A program made the position numbers and the translations under genes. The notes beneath the pieces were generated by a model. It saw nothing but the letters and a program-made list of their open reading frames with translations, had not been told where the DNA came from and did no database searches. Shown one piece after another: positions 19,490 to 28,913 of a stretch of DNA of 64,000 bases; within the stretch, counting starts at the first letter, position 1, and the number at the start of each line of letters is the position of its first letter. Source of the stretch: Gemmatimonadales bacterium. GTDB lineage: Bacteria > Gemmatimonadota > Gemmatimonadetes > Gemmatimonadales > GWC2-71-9. The stretch lies in contig JBFGJG010000026.1 of NCBI GenBank assembly GCA_041577295.1, positions 1 to 64,000 on the forward strand, given 5' to 3'.

Positions 19490-21091
19490 TTGCGTGATCG
19501 AATGAAGCCCGAGCATGGGTTGGAATCGTTAGACGTCGACCGACCGGCGGACGCGCGGGCGCTGCGCATCTTGGCGGACGCGACGTCCTATCTCGCGGGG
19601 AGCGCCACCTCAGAGGACGTGTTGGCTGGCGTAATTGGGGCGCTGGCCCGCGGGCTCGGCCGTCGGGACTGTAGCGTCTGGATTCGCACACCCGATGGGT
19701 CGGCTTACATGCCTATTGTACCGCCCGGTGCACCCGCCCCGTCGCCCGAGGTAACCCAAGACATTCCACGCCGTGTTGCAGGTGGTATCGCAAGCGACCG
19801 CTCGAACGAGGCCTGGCGCTTGAGCATTCCGCTCGCTCACGAGGGCGAGCGGCTCGGACTGCTCGAGGCCTCGGTGCCCGACGGCGACGATGCCGCGATT
19901 CTACGCGATGTCGTGCGGCTCATCGCCAACATCCTGTCACCGCTCCTGGCGAGCATTGCGCTGTCGGAGGATCTCGCGAGCGAGGTCGCACTCAGGACGC
20001 TGGAGATCGACGCCCAACGCCGATTCACCGCAAAGATCATCGATTCGCTCCCTGTCGGACTCTACGTCATTGATCGTCGGTATCGCATTCAGGCGTGGAA
20101 CCGGACACGCGAGACCGGCACGAAGGGCATTGGCCGCGACGAGGTCATCGGCCGCGCCGTGTTCGACGTCATGCACCGCCAGCCGAAGGCGCTGCTCAAA
20201 CGCGAGTTCGATCGCGTGTTCGATACCGGGCAACTCGAGGTGATCGAGGTGGAGTCGGTGGGCGACGATGGACAACCCCGCAACTACCGGATCTCGAAGG
20301 TCCCGATGCGGCTGGATGACGCCGACGTCTCCCACGTGATCACCATCGGTGAAGACATCACGGAATGGAAGGCAGTGCAGCAGCAAATCGCCCAAGCCGA
20401 ACGGCTGGCCGCGGTCGGTCAGCTCGCGGCCGGCGTCATGCACGAGATCAACAACCCACTCGCCACGATTGCAGCCTGTGTCGAGGCTCTCTCGTTACGC
20501 ACGATCGAACCTCACATGTTTGACGAGTACCTTCGAATCATCGACTCGGAGCTGGCGCGCTGCAAGAACATCGTGGACGGGCTCCTCGATTTCTCGAAGC
20601 CCAAGGCACGACTGAAGCGACCGGTGCAGCTCCATCAGATCGTGGAGGACGCACTCTTCCTCATCAAACACCACGACAAGTTCAAGGGCATCACGCTCGT
20701 GCGAGAGCTGGAGCAAGAGCTTCCGGCGATAGAGGCCAACGCGGAGCAATTGATCCAGGTGTTTCTCGCGCTGATGCTCAATGCTATCGACGCCATGGAA
20801 GGTGATGGTGTCCTTACGGTGCGAGGGCGACGAAGTGACGAGCGATCCGACGAGGTGGTGGTCGAGCTGGAAGACACCGGGTCGGGCATCGCCCGGGAGG
20901 ACTTGCCGAAGATCTTTGAGCCGTTTTTCACTTCCAAACAGCCGGGGCGTGGAACCGGTCTGGGTCTGTCGATCTGTTACGGTATCGTCCAACAGCACGG
21001 TGGGCGGATTCTCGTCGACTCGCAGGTTGGGCGGGGCTCGCTCTTTCAGGTCCTTCTACCGGTCGTCGCGACTGGGACCGAGTCACGGTGA
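19490..21091 (+). CDS. Cytoplasmic GAF-like/PAS sensor histidine kinase (NtrB-like)
   Basis: [16 protein letters not shown]-box, [30 protein letters not shown] region; no TM segments seen. Confidence 0.92.
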   Translation: MRDRMKPEHGLESLDVDRPADARALRILADATSYLAGSATSEDVLAGVIGALARGLGRRDCSVWIRTPDGSAYMPIVPPGAPAPSPEVTQDIPRRVAGGIASDRSNEAWRLSIPLAHEGERLGLLEASVPDGDDAAILRDVVRLIANILSPLLASIALSEDLASEVALRTLEIDAQRRFTAKIIDSLPVGLYVIDRRYRIQAWNRTRETGTKGIGRDEVIGRAVFDVMHRQPKALLKREFDRVFDTGQLEVIEVESVGDDGQPRNYRISKVPMRLDDADVSHVITIGEDITEWKAVQQQIAQAERLAAVGQLAAGVMHEINNPLATIAACVEALSLRTIEPHMFDEYLRIIDSELARCKNIVDGLLDFSKPKARLKRPVQLHQIVEDALFLIKHHDKFKGITLVRELEQELPAIEANAEQLIQVFLALMLNAIDAMEGDGVLTVRGRRSDERSDEVVVELEDTGSGIAREDLPKIFEPFFTSKQPGRGTGLGLSICYGIVQQHGGRILVDSQVGRGSLFQVLLPVVATGTESR

Positions 21092-21777
21092 AAATCTTGG
21101 TGGTGGAAGATGACCGGCTAGTGGGACAATACGTACAGCGGGGGATGGAAGAGCAGCGGATGCAGGTCGAGTTGGTTGGCGAGGGACAAGAGGCGCTCGA
21201 CCGCGCGTCGCAGGGCGCGTATGACGTCATCGTGCTCGATCTCAGACTTCCAGGGCTCTCCGGAGTCGAAGTGTTGCGAACGCTGCGAGATCGCGGAATC
21301 AACACCCCGATCCTCGTGCTGACGGCGCAGGACGCGGTGGAATCCAAGGTGCAAGCCTTGCGCATCGGCGCCGATGACTACGTCACAAAGCCCTTCGCAT
21401 TCGAGGAATTGCTGGCGCGGGTCGAAGCCTTGGGTCGCCGTCCGCAGGCCATTGCCCCTCCGCGGCTCACCGTTGACGATTTGGTGATTGATCTCGGTCG
21501 CCACGAAGTGAAACGCGGGAGCAGGTTGCTCGATCTCACTCCTAAAGAGTATGCCGTGCTGGAGTATCTGGCGCGCAATGTCGGTCGGGTTATGTCACGC
21601 ACGCTGATCCAAGAGTACGCCTGGGATTATCATTTCGACCCGCGCACCAACATCGTCGACGTGGTGATCAACCGGTTGCGCAAGAAGGTCGATCAGGGAT
21701 TTCGTCGAAAGTTGATTCACACGGTGCGCGGTGTAGGCTATGTTTTACGGGGAGAGGAAGACACGGCCAAAAAGTAG
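21088..21777 (+). CDS. OmpR/PhoB-family response regulator (CusR/CzcR-like)
   Basis: ILVVEDD, LDLRLP, GADDYVTKPF, LTPKEY, NIVDVVINRLRKK, HTVRGVGY. Confidence 0.95.
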   Translation: MKILVVEDDRLVGQYVQRGMEEQRMQVELVGEGQEALDRASQGAYDVIVLDLRLPGLSGVEVLRTLRDRGINTPILVLTAQDAVESKVQALRIGADDYVTKPFAFEELLARVEALGRRPQAIAPPRLTVDDLVIDLGRHEVKRGSRLLDLTPKEYAVLEYLARNVGRVMSRTLIQEYAWDYHFDPRTNIVDVVINRLRKKVDQGFRRKLIHTVRGVGYVLRGEEDTAKK

Positions 21778-23262
21778 ATGCGCACCATTCGCGGGCGCCT
21801 CGCTGTGTGGTACACGGTGGCAATGGGCGTCACGATTCTCGCCTTCGCCGGGATCATTTATCTGATCCAACGGTCTCGGAGCTTCGCCGAACTCGACAGC
21901 CAGATCCGTCTCCAATCCGAGTTCGTTGCCACGATTCTCAGCGAATCGTATCGAGCGCGCGACGCGGTCGTCGCGTTCGATCCGACCACCAACCGCATGG
22001 GATTGGTGACCGAGGTGAGCGCCTTGCTCGATGTCGTGCGGGACTACGTGCTCGTGGTCGGTGAGGACGACAACATCCTCTTTCTCTCGGCAGATGCCCG
22101 TGCGCTGGGATTCGAGGACGTCGAGCGGTTGGGGCAGAACGTCCTCCAGAATGCCCAGGGACTGCCGGCGTTCGGCGTCCTCGATTTTGGCCCGCCAGTG
22201 GGCGAGCTGCGGTACTTCGTGCGGCCGGTGACCAACGCCGGACCGTCCGTACAGGCAGTGGTCTCCGGTGTGCCACGTGCGGCCGGCGCACTCGGGGCGC
22301 AGCGCCTGCTGAGCGTCCTGCTCCTGATTGCTCCTCTCGTCATCGCGGCCTCCACCATCATCGGCTACGCCCTCGTGGGGCGCGCGCTCAAATCGGTCGA
22401 CATCATCGTCGACGAGGTTGAGGCGATCACTGACGGACGGAGCCTCCACAAACGGCTGGCGCAACCCACCACGCACGACGAGCTCACCCGCCTCACGATT
22501 ACCCTCAACGCGATGATGGGACGGCTCGAACGCAGCTTTCAGACGCTTCGTCGCTTCACGGCCGACGCGAGCCACGAGCTGAAGACGCCACTTACGGTGA
22601 TCCGCAGCGGGGTGGAACGGGCGTTGACGCATCCGGACTCGCCGCCAGCCGTGATGGAGATTCTCGAAGAGATGCTGGTGGAGGTGACCCGCATGTCCGA
22701 GATGGTTGACTCTCTGCTCACGCTGGCGCGGGCCGACGAGGGGCGAGCCCCGCTCCATCTGGACCAAGTCGATCTCAGGGATATCCTCAGCGAAGTTTCC
22801 GAGACTGCCAGCATCCTGGGAGAAGACGCGTCGGTGGACGTCGAGGTCAATGTGCCCGACGAGCCGACGATTATGGAGGTCGATCGCAGCCGCATTCGTC
22901 AGCTGCTCATGAACCTCCTGACCAACGCGATCAAGTACACGCCAACGGGCGGGGAGGTGCAGATTGACGCAGCGGCTGCGAATGGAACCGTGGTGATCAA
23001 TGTGCGAGACACCGGCATCGGCATTGCGCCCGGTGAGCTCCCGCATATCTTCAGCCGCTTCTGGCGGGCCGATCCTGCCCGGAGTCGCACCGGCGAGCGG
23101 GCCGGTGCGGGTCTGGGGCTGGCGATCTGCAAGTGGATCGCCGAGGCGCACGGCGGATCCATAACCGTCCAGAGCCGCCCGAAGCGGGGCACGACGTTCA
23201 CCGTCACCCTCCCACTGAGCACGGGCGGAAACGGACGTGACGCGGTGAGTAGTGACTCGTAA
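21778..23262 (+). CDS. Membrane HAMP-domain sensor histidine kinase
   Basis: Two TM helices, HAMP, FTADASHELKTPL, NLLTNAIKYT, GAGLGLAI. Confidence 0.95.
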   Translation: MRTIRGRLAVWYTVAMGVTILAFAGIIYLIQRSRSFAELDSQIRLQSEFVATILSESYRARDAVVAFDPTTNRMGLVTEVSALLDVVRDYVLVVGEDDNILFLSADARALGFEDVERLGQNVLQNAQGLPAFGVLDFGPPVGELRYFVRPVTNAGPSVQAVVSGVPRAAGALGAQRLLSVLLLIAPLVIAASTIIGYALVGRALKSVDIIVDEVEAITDGRSLHKRLAQPTTHDELTRLTITLNAMMGRLERSFQTLRRFTADASHELKTPLTVIRSGVERALTHPDSPPAVMEILEEMLVEVTRMSEMVDSLLTLARADEGRAPLHLDQVDLRDILSEVSETASILGEDASVDVEVNVPDEPTIMEVDRSRIRQLLMNLLTNAIKYTPTGGEVQIDAAAANGTVVINVRDTGIGIAPGELPHIFSRFWRADPARSRTGERAGAGLGLAICKWIAEAHGGSITVQSRPKRGTTFTVTLPLSTGGNGRDAVSSDS

Positions 23263-23296
23263 TACGATTGTAATCGTTTTGTCATCTAATGCTCAC
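23259..23296 (+). promoter_or_regulatory. 11-bp-period direct repeats resembling PhoB/OmpR-family boxes upstream of tonB
   Basis: GTAAT(23259), GTAAT(23270), GTCAT(23281), CTCAC(23292). Confidence 0.55.
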
Positions 23297-23363
23297 CGCT
23301 GGGCTAACCAGCGGTCGTTCTTAGGGGTAGATTCTTAAAGGACGGCGAACCGGAGGAAAAGCG

Positions 23364-24077
23364 GTGTTCGACAACCTCGTTGAATCCGATCCGAAGTTCC
23401 GCAAGGGCAATCGTACGGGCAACGCGCTCACCACGGTCTGGTCGGTCGTTTTTCATGGCGCGCTCCTGTGGGCGGGGGTGGTGGCGACGATGAAGGCGAG
23501 CGAAGCCGTGATGGAGGCGGTTCCGGAAACGACGATGGTCTTTATTGAGGAGACCGAGAAGGAACCAGAACCGGAACCTGAAAAGCCCCCTATCATCACC
23601 TCACTCAATCCACCGCCCAAGGGGTTCCAGACCCTGGCGGCACCGATCGACATCCCCACTGAGATTCCGCCCATCAACTTGAATGAGCGCTTCGATCCGC
23701 GTGATTACACGGGTCAGGGCGTCGAGGGCGGCGTTTTCCAAGGTGTTGAGGGTGGCACCGGACCAGTCGACCTCACCCAGGTGTTTGCCGAAGCGGTGGT
23801 GGATGAAACACCCGAAGCGATCTCGTGTCCGCGACCTCCCTATCCTCGCATGATGCAGCAGGCGGGGATCGAGGGTACGGTGCTGCTCGAGTTCGTCGTC
23901 GACCAAACCGGTCACGCCGACGGCAACTCGGTCCGCCCGCTGGACTCGACGCACAAGGCGTTCGAAGCACCGGCCAAAGAGATGATCATGAAGTGTCTCT
24001 TCCGTCCGGGACGAGTGCGCGGGCAGGCGGTCAAGGTGTTGGTTCGCATGCCGATCGTGTTCAACCTGAATCGCTAA
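23364..24077 (+). CDS. tonB: TonB energy transducer
   Basis: N-terminal TM with SxxxH (SVVFH), Pro/Glu-rich linker, YP....AGIEGTVLLEFVVD TonB_C domain; GGAGG RBS. Confidence 0.9.
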   Translation: MFDNLVESDPKFRKGNRTGNALTTVWSVVFHGALLWAGVVATMKASEAVMEAVPETTMVFIEETEKEPEPEPEKPPIITSLNPPPKGFQTLAAPIDIPTEIPPINLNERFDPRDYTGQGVEGGVFQGVEGGTGPVDLTQVFAEAVVDETPEAISCPRPPYPRMMQQAGIEGTVLLEFVVDQTGHADGNSVRPLDSTHKAFEAPAKEMIMKCLFRPGRVRGQAVKVLVRMPIVFNLNR

Positions 24078-24144
24078 GCGCTCAATCCGCTGAGAATCGA
24101 GGCGTTCCAAATCATCCCGTAAACCGAGCGGAGGCTCAGGACTC

Positions 24145-24888
24145 ATGGAAATATCCTTTTATGAAATGTGGCATGAAATCGGGTGGTTCGCCCGCGGCAT
24201 CATCATCATCCTCATCGTGATGTCGATCCTGTCGCTCGGATTCGCTGTCCAGAAGTGGTGGCGGTTCCGCAAGAGCCGAAAGGAAACCCAGAAGTTTGCA
24301 CCTGAGTTTGCGCGGTTCATTCAAGAAGAGCAGCTCGATGCGGCTATCGAGCTGGCGGAGAAGCAGAAAGTCTCCCACGTGGCGCGCGTGCTCGGCGAGG
24401 CGCTCGCTGAGGTGAAGCCGCTGCTGCGTGACCGGGCCACCATCACGACCGCCGACATCAACTCGGCCGAGCGGGCGATCGAGCGTCAGATGCTCATCCT
24501 GCTCGCCGAGCTCAAACGGGGTCTCGGTCTTCTGGCCACGATCGGTGCCACGGCGCCCTTCGTCGGACTGCTGGGTACCGTGTTCGGCATCGTGAACTCC
24601 TTTACCGGCATGGCGGTTTCGGGTTCCGGCGGACTGGCGGCCATCTCGGCGGGTATTGCCGAAGCGTTGTTTGCCACCGGTATCGGTATTGGCGTCGCCA
24701 TCCCCGCGGTGTGGTTCTACAACTACTTCCAGACGAAGGTCGAGAACTTCACCGTCGAGATGACCTACACGTCGAAAGAGCTGATCGACTTCCTGATCAA
24801 GAGCGTCGGGACGGAATTTGGCCGCTCGATCTTCACGAAGGAATTCAAGGCGCAGCAAGCCGCCGCAACTGGGCACGTCTCCAAGTAA
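24145..24888 (+). CDS. exbB: ExbB/TolQ/MotA proton channel
   Basis: LATIGATAPFVGLLGTVFGI, GIAEALFATG.G..VAIPA..FYN. Confidence 0.92.
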   Translation: MEISFYEMWHEIGWFARGIIIILIVMSILSLGFAVQKWWRFRKSRKETQKFAPEFARFIQEEQLDAAIELAEKQKVSHVARVLGEALAEVKPLLRDRATITTADINSAERAIERQMLILLAELKRGLGLLATIGATAPFVGLLGTVFGIVNSFTGMAVSGSGGLAAISAGIAEALFATGIGIGVAIPAVWFYNYFQTKVENFTVEMTYTSKELIDFLIKSVGTEFGRSIFTKEFKAQQAAATGHVSK

Positions 24889-24929
24889 GCGAACGAGCCC
24901 CGCGGACCTCGAAGAGGAGCGACTGACTT

Positions 24930-25391
24930 ATGGGAATGCAGGTAGGCGAAAAGGGGAGCCTGAACGCCGAGCCCAACGTCGTGCCGATGATCGATATCAT
25001 GTTGGTATTGCTGATCATCTTCATGATCGTCACGCCGGTGATCGCGTCGGGTTTCCAGGCTCAAATGCCGATGGGGAAGAACATCGATTCCCGACCTGAA
25101 GAGGGTGGGGATGTCGTACTCGGGATCGATCAGGATGGCAGGTACTATCTCGACCCCGGCGATGGTAAGATCGGTGTCGTGCCGGAGGGCCAGCTCGAAG
25201 AGATGCTGTCCCAGCTGTTCAATCAACGCACGACGGACAAGATCCTGTACTTCAAGGCAGACCGGAATCTCGAGTTTGCGAAGGTACAAGAGGGCGTTGA
25301 GATCGCGCGCCGCGCTGGCGTGCGAGTGCTGGCGGCCATTACCGAAGAGCTCCGTGAAAGTAGCGGCATGTTCGGAGGAGGAGGGCCGTAG
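24930..25391 (+). CDS. exbD: ExbD/TolR biopolymer transporter
   Basis: EPNVVPMIDIMLVLLIIFMIVTP, KADR. Confidence 0.92.
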   Translation: MGMQVGEKGSLNAEPNVVPMIDIMLVLLIIFMIVTPVIASGFQAQMPMGKNIDSRPEEGGDVVLGIDQDGRYYLDPGDGKIGVVPEGQLEEMLSQLFNQRTTDKILYFKADRNLEFAKVQEGVEIARRAGVRVLAAITEELRESSGMFGGGGP

Positions 25392-25393
25392 CC

Positions 25394-25822
25394 ATGGCGA
25401 TCCAAATTCCCCAGAGCGGCGGCGCGTACAGTTCCGAACCCAACGTCGTACCGATGATCGACGTTCTGCTGGTGCTGCTGATCATATTCATGATGCAGGT
25501 GCCGCTCTCGCGGAAGGCGATGGATGTGCAGGTACCACCGCCGGCACCTCCTCAGACACAGGATCAGCCACAGCAGGCGACCAACCAGATCGTCCTGGAG
25601 CTCAAGGACGACGGTTCGTACGCTATCAACGCCCAGGCCGTGCCCAAGGCCGCCCTGGACGTTCGGTTGCATGAGATTTACGACAATCGCCCGGCCAAGC
25701 TGATGTTCATCAAGGCTGCTGGCAACCGGAAGTATCAAGACGTCATCGAGGCCATGGACATCGCGCGTGGCGCCGGTGTTCAGGTCATCGGGTTTACGCC
25801 GGTAGACGAAGCCGGTAACTAG
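25394..25822 (+). CDS. exbD: Second ExbD/TolR biopolymer transporter
   Basis: EPNVVPMIDVLLVLLIIFM; Y.DVI..MD.ARGAG. Confidence 0.92.
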   Translation: MAIQIPQSGGAYSSEPNVVPMIDVLLVLLIIFMMQVPLSRKAMDVQVPPPAPPQTQDQPQQATNQIVLELKDDGSYAINAQAVPKAALDVRLHEIYDNRPAKLMFIKAAGNRKYQDVIEAMDIARGAGVQVIGFTPVDEAGN

Positions 25823-25849
25823 GCACTTCCGGTAAGCATCGACCTCTCG

Positions 25850-25886
25850 AGGCGCGAGGGCTGACAAGTAGCTCTCGCGCCTTTGT
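25850..25886 (+). terminator. Probable intrinsic terminator after exbD
   Basis: AGGCGCGAGGGCT-loop-AGCTCTCGCGCCT followed by TTGT. Confidence 0.55.
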
Positions 25887-25887
25887 C

Positions 25888-27909
25888 GTGACCTTCATCA
25901 TGACCTTTATGAAAGGTCGGCGCATGATACCGATGCGATGGCTCGCGCACAGGGAACGGGTGAGGCTGTGTGTCGTGACTGTGCCCCGCCGTATCGCCGC
26001 TCTTCTGCTAGCCAGTGTCCTCTGCGTGCCCGCGTTGCGGGCGCAAGACGTCGAGATTGATGCGCCGCAGGTGATTCTCCGCGACATCCCTTTCACGATC
26101 ACTGTGCGGACGCCCACGTCGCTCGATACCGTGCGCGCGGCGCTCCGTGGAGCCGACGGCACACTTCTCGGCGAGATCGCGGTTCCCCCCGTGGGCGAGG
26201 CGTCCTTTCGTGACGTCCGCGTCGAGGCAGCCACCGCGGTCCCGCTGGAGGTAACGGTTGGCGAGATCACCGAGTCGATCGATCGGCCGGTGATTCCAGG
26301 GTGGATGAGTCTGCTGCCGCCACTCGTCGCCATCGCGCTCGCCCTCATCTTCCACGAGGTGGTGAGCAGCCTGTTCGTGGGAATCTGGCTAGGCAGCTTC
26401 CTAGTGGCCGGGTACAACCCGCTGGCTGCCCTCTTCATGACGGTCGAGCGCTACGTGCACCCGGCACTGGCCGACTCGGACCACGCGGCCATCGTGATCT
26501 TCTCACTGCTCCTTGGTGGGATGGTGGGGGTGATGAGCGCCACTGGTGGTACGCGTGCGATCGTCCAGGCCGTCACACCGCTCGCGACGTCGCGACGCCG
26601 TGGCCAGTTCGCCACCTGGCTGGCTGGGCTTGCCATCTTCTTCGATGACTACGCCAACACTTTGATCGTCGGCAACACCATGCGCCCGCTGACCGATCGG
26701 CTGAAGATTTCGCGGGAGAAGCTGGCGTACATCGTGGACTCCACCGCGGCACCCGTATCGGTCATCGTGTTCGTCTCGACCTGGGTGGGGTTCGAGCTGA
26801 GTCTGATTGGGGATAGCCTGCAATTGGCGGCGACGCAGAACGCGGGAGATCCGGCCCTAGTGGCCCAACTCACGTCGGCCTCGCCCTTCGAGATCTTTCT
26901 CCATTCGATCCCGTACCTGTTCTATCCCATTCTGGCCATCTTCACCGTGGGGCTCCTGCTCATTAGCGGTCGCGACTTCGGTCCCATGCTGCCCGCCGAA
27001 CGCCGGGCCGCCTCGGGCAATGGACTCTATCGCCCCGGAGCCCAGCTCGCGGCGGATACCGAGGGCGATCTCATGGAGCCGCCCGACGGAACGCCGCTCA
27101 AGTGGTGGAACGGTGCCGGGCCGGTGATCGCCGTGGTCGTCACCGTGATCGCTGGACTCGTCTATTCTGGCCTGCAAGGAATCCCGGCAGGCGAGCCCCG
27201 TGGGATTCGTGACATTTTGGGTGCGGCCGATCCCTTCGACAGCCTACTGTGGGGATCCTTAGTGGGCTGCGTCGTTGCCATGGTGTTGGCGCTGGGACAG
27301 CGCATCCTGAGTCTGCCGAAGGTTATTCGCGCATGGCTCGGCGGCATGCGGGCGATGATGCTCGCCATGATCATTTTGGTCCTGGCCTGGTCGCTGGGTG
27401 AGGTCACAACCGCCGTCGGTGCCGCACCCTTTCTGTCGAGTGCGCTATCCGACCGCATGCCAGTCCAGCTGCTCCCCGTGGCCGTGTTCATAATTTCCGC
27501 CGGAATTTCGTTCGCGACCGGGACATCGTGGGGAACCATGGGCATCCTCTTCCCTCTTGTGGTTCCTCTGGCTGTCGCACTCGGTGGCGGTGTCGATTTT
27601 GCCGGCGGCGCGCACTACACGGTGCTACTGGGTGTGATCTCATCGGTCATGGCGGGATCGATCTTTGGTGATCACTGCTCGCCAATCTCCGATACGACCG
27701 TGCTGAGCTCCATGGCATCCGGATGCGACCACGTGGATCACGTACGCACGCAACTTCCGTACGCCTTGCTCGTAGCGTTCGTCGGAATGCTGGTGGGCGA
27801 TGTGCCGACCGCGTTTGGCTTCCCACCGTGGATCTCATTGCTCGTTGGAGCGGCAGTAATCCTGCTGGTAGTCCGGTTAGTGGGGAAGAAGGTGGTAGAG
27901 GTGGGGTGA
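25888..27909 (+). CDS. NhaC-family transporter with N-terminal extracytoplasmic extension (start uncertain, likely further downstream)
   Basis: IFFDDYAN, SREKLAYIVDSTAAP, FATGTSWGT, GDHCSPISDTT.LSS, HVRTQLPYA. Confidence 0.9.
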   Translation: MTFIMTFMKGRRMIPMRWLAHRERVRLCVVTVPRRIAALLLASVLCVPALRAQDVEIDAPQVILRDIPFTITVRTPTSLDTVRAALRGADGTLLGEIAVPPVGEASFRDVRVEAATAVPLEVTVGEITESIDRPVIPGWMSLLPPLVAIALALIFHEVVSSLFVGIWLGSFLVAGYNPLAALFMTVERYVHPALADSDHAAIVIFSLLLGGMVGVMSATGGTRAIVQAVTPLATSRRRGQFATWLAGLAIFFDDYANTLIVGNTMRPLTDRLKISREKLAYIVDSTAAPVSVIVFVSTWVGFELSLIGDSLQLAATQNAGDPALVAQLTSASPFEIFLHSIPYLFYPILAIFTVGLLLISGRDFGPMLPAERRAASGNGLYRPGAQLAADTEGDLMEPPDGTPLKWWNGAGPVIAVVVTVIAGLVYSGLQGIPAGEPRGIRDILGAADPFDSLLWGSLVGCVVAMVLALGQRILSLPKVIRAWLGGMRAMMLAMIILVLAWSLGEVTTAVGAAPFLSSALSDRMPVQLLPVAVFIISAGISFATGTSWGTMGILFPLVVPLAVALGGGVDFAGGAHYTVLLGVISSVMAGSIFGDHCSPISDTTVLSSMASGCDHVDHVRTQLPYALLVAFVGMLVGDVPTAFGFPPWISLLVGAAVILLVVRLVGKKVVEVG

Positions 27910-28001
27910 GACCAGATGGCTCGATGGGCGGGAGAGACGGTATTAAGCGGTATGGATTCTCCCTGGAGAGGCAGGAGAGGCATCGCACTCCATCCCGCTC
28001 C

Positions 28002-28913
28002 TCATGACACCATCTCGGCCGCCAGTGCCAGCGCCCCCATCGGGGGATCGACAGCCACGTCCATGATCTCGAGCATCGGGAGTCGCTCACGCACAACCGC
28101 CACGAGCGCCTTGCGAACTGGCGAGCCGAAACTCAACAGTCCGCCACAGAGCGCGACGCGCACGTCTCGCCGCTCGGGAAATCGCCCCAGCAACGCTTCC
28201 AGATGATCGGCCAGATCCTCGGCACTTTGCTGTACTAATTGCCGCGCGGGGGCATCGCCCCCGGCCGCCACCTCACACACGTGCGGCGCCAGCGCGGCCA
28301 CGGCGTTGCGATCCGCTGTCTGCGTCCACCGGATCATGTCGTCGAGCGTCCCCGCTCCAACCGCCTCCGCCAATCGGTGCGTGAGCTGTGTACGCGGGCC
28401 ACGCCCATCCGCGGCTCTTCCCACGACGCCGAGGGCGGAGCGCACCAACGCATATCCACTGCCATCATCGCCAAACTGCCAGCCCAAACCACCAACACGC
28501 CAAACGACCCCGGATGGGTCCCGCGCATACGCGATCGAGCCCGATCCGGCGTTCAGTACGATGCCATGCTCTCCGTGAAATACTGCTTCGAGTGCGATGG
28601 CGGCATCCGTGGTCACGGCGAGCTTGGTCTCGCCACCGAGCTCGGCGTGGATCGCGTTGCGCAGCGCGGCGCGCTCAGCCTCGCGGCCAGCACCTGCCGC
28701 ACCCACCACGAGTGAATCGATCCGCGGCCCAATTCCCGCCGCATCGAGCGCGCTGCGAACCACTGTGACAATCGCAACGGCCGATTCGCTCTCCCCACCC
28801 GGGCTGACCGCAGCGCCGTGTCCACGACGACGCGCCAGCGTCCGCAGCGCTTCGTCAGCGACGACCGCCTCCGTGTGGGAACTTCCGGCGTCTACTCCAA
28901 CGAGCACGATCAC
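28002..28913 (-). CDS. BadF/BadG/BcrA/BcrD-type sugar kinase (GlcNAc/MurNAc kinase-like)
   Basis: VGVDAGSSHT, GAAGAG, TDA, AGSGS, RVGGLGWQFGDDGSG; GTG start overlaps SSS stop (GTGA). Confidence 0.88.
   Translation of the reverse strand: MIVLVGVDAGSSHTEAVVADEALRTLARRRGHGAAVSPGGESESAVAIVTVVRSALDAAGIGPRIDSLVVGAAGAGREAERAALRNAIHAELGGETKLAVTTDAAIALEAVFHGEHGIVLNAGSGSIAYARDPSGVVWRVGGLGWQFGDDGSGYALVRSALGVVGRAADGRGPRTQLTHRLAEAVGAGTLDDMIRWTQTADRNAVAALAPHVCEVAAGGDAPARQLVQQSAEDLADHLEALLGRFPERRDVRVALCGGLLSFGSPVRKALVAVVRERLPMLEIMDVAVDPPMGALALAAEMVS

Noticed and set aside
27910..28001. Weakly periodic purine-rich spacer between convergent genes
   Set aside because: Too degenerate to define a repeat unit or terminator
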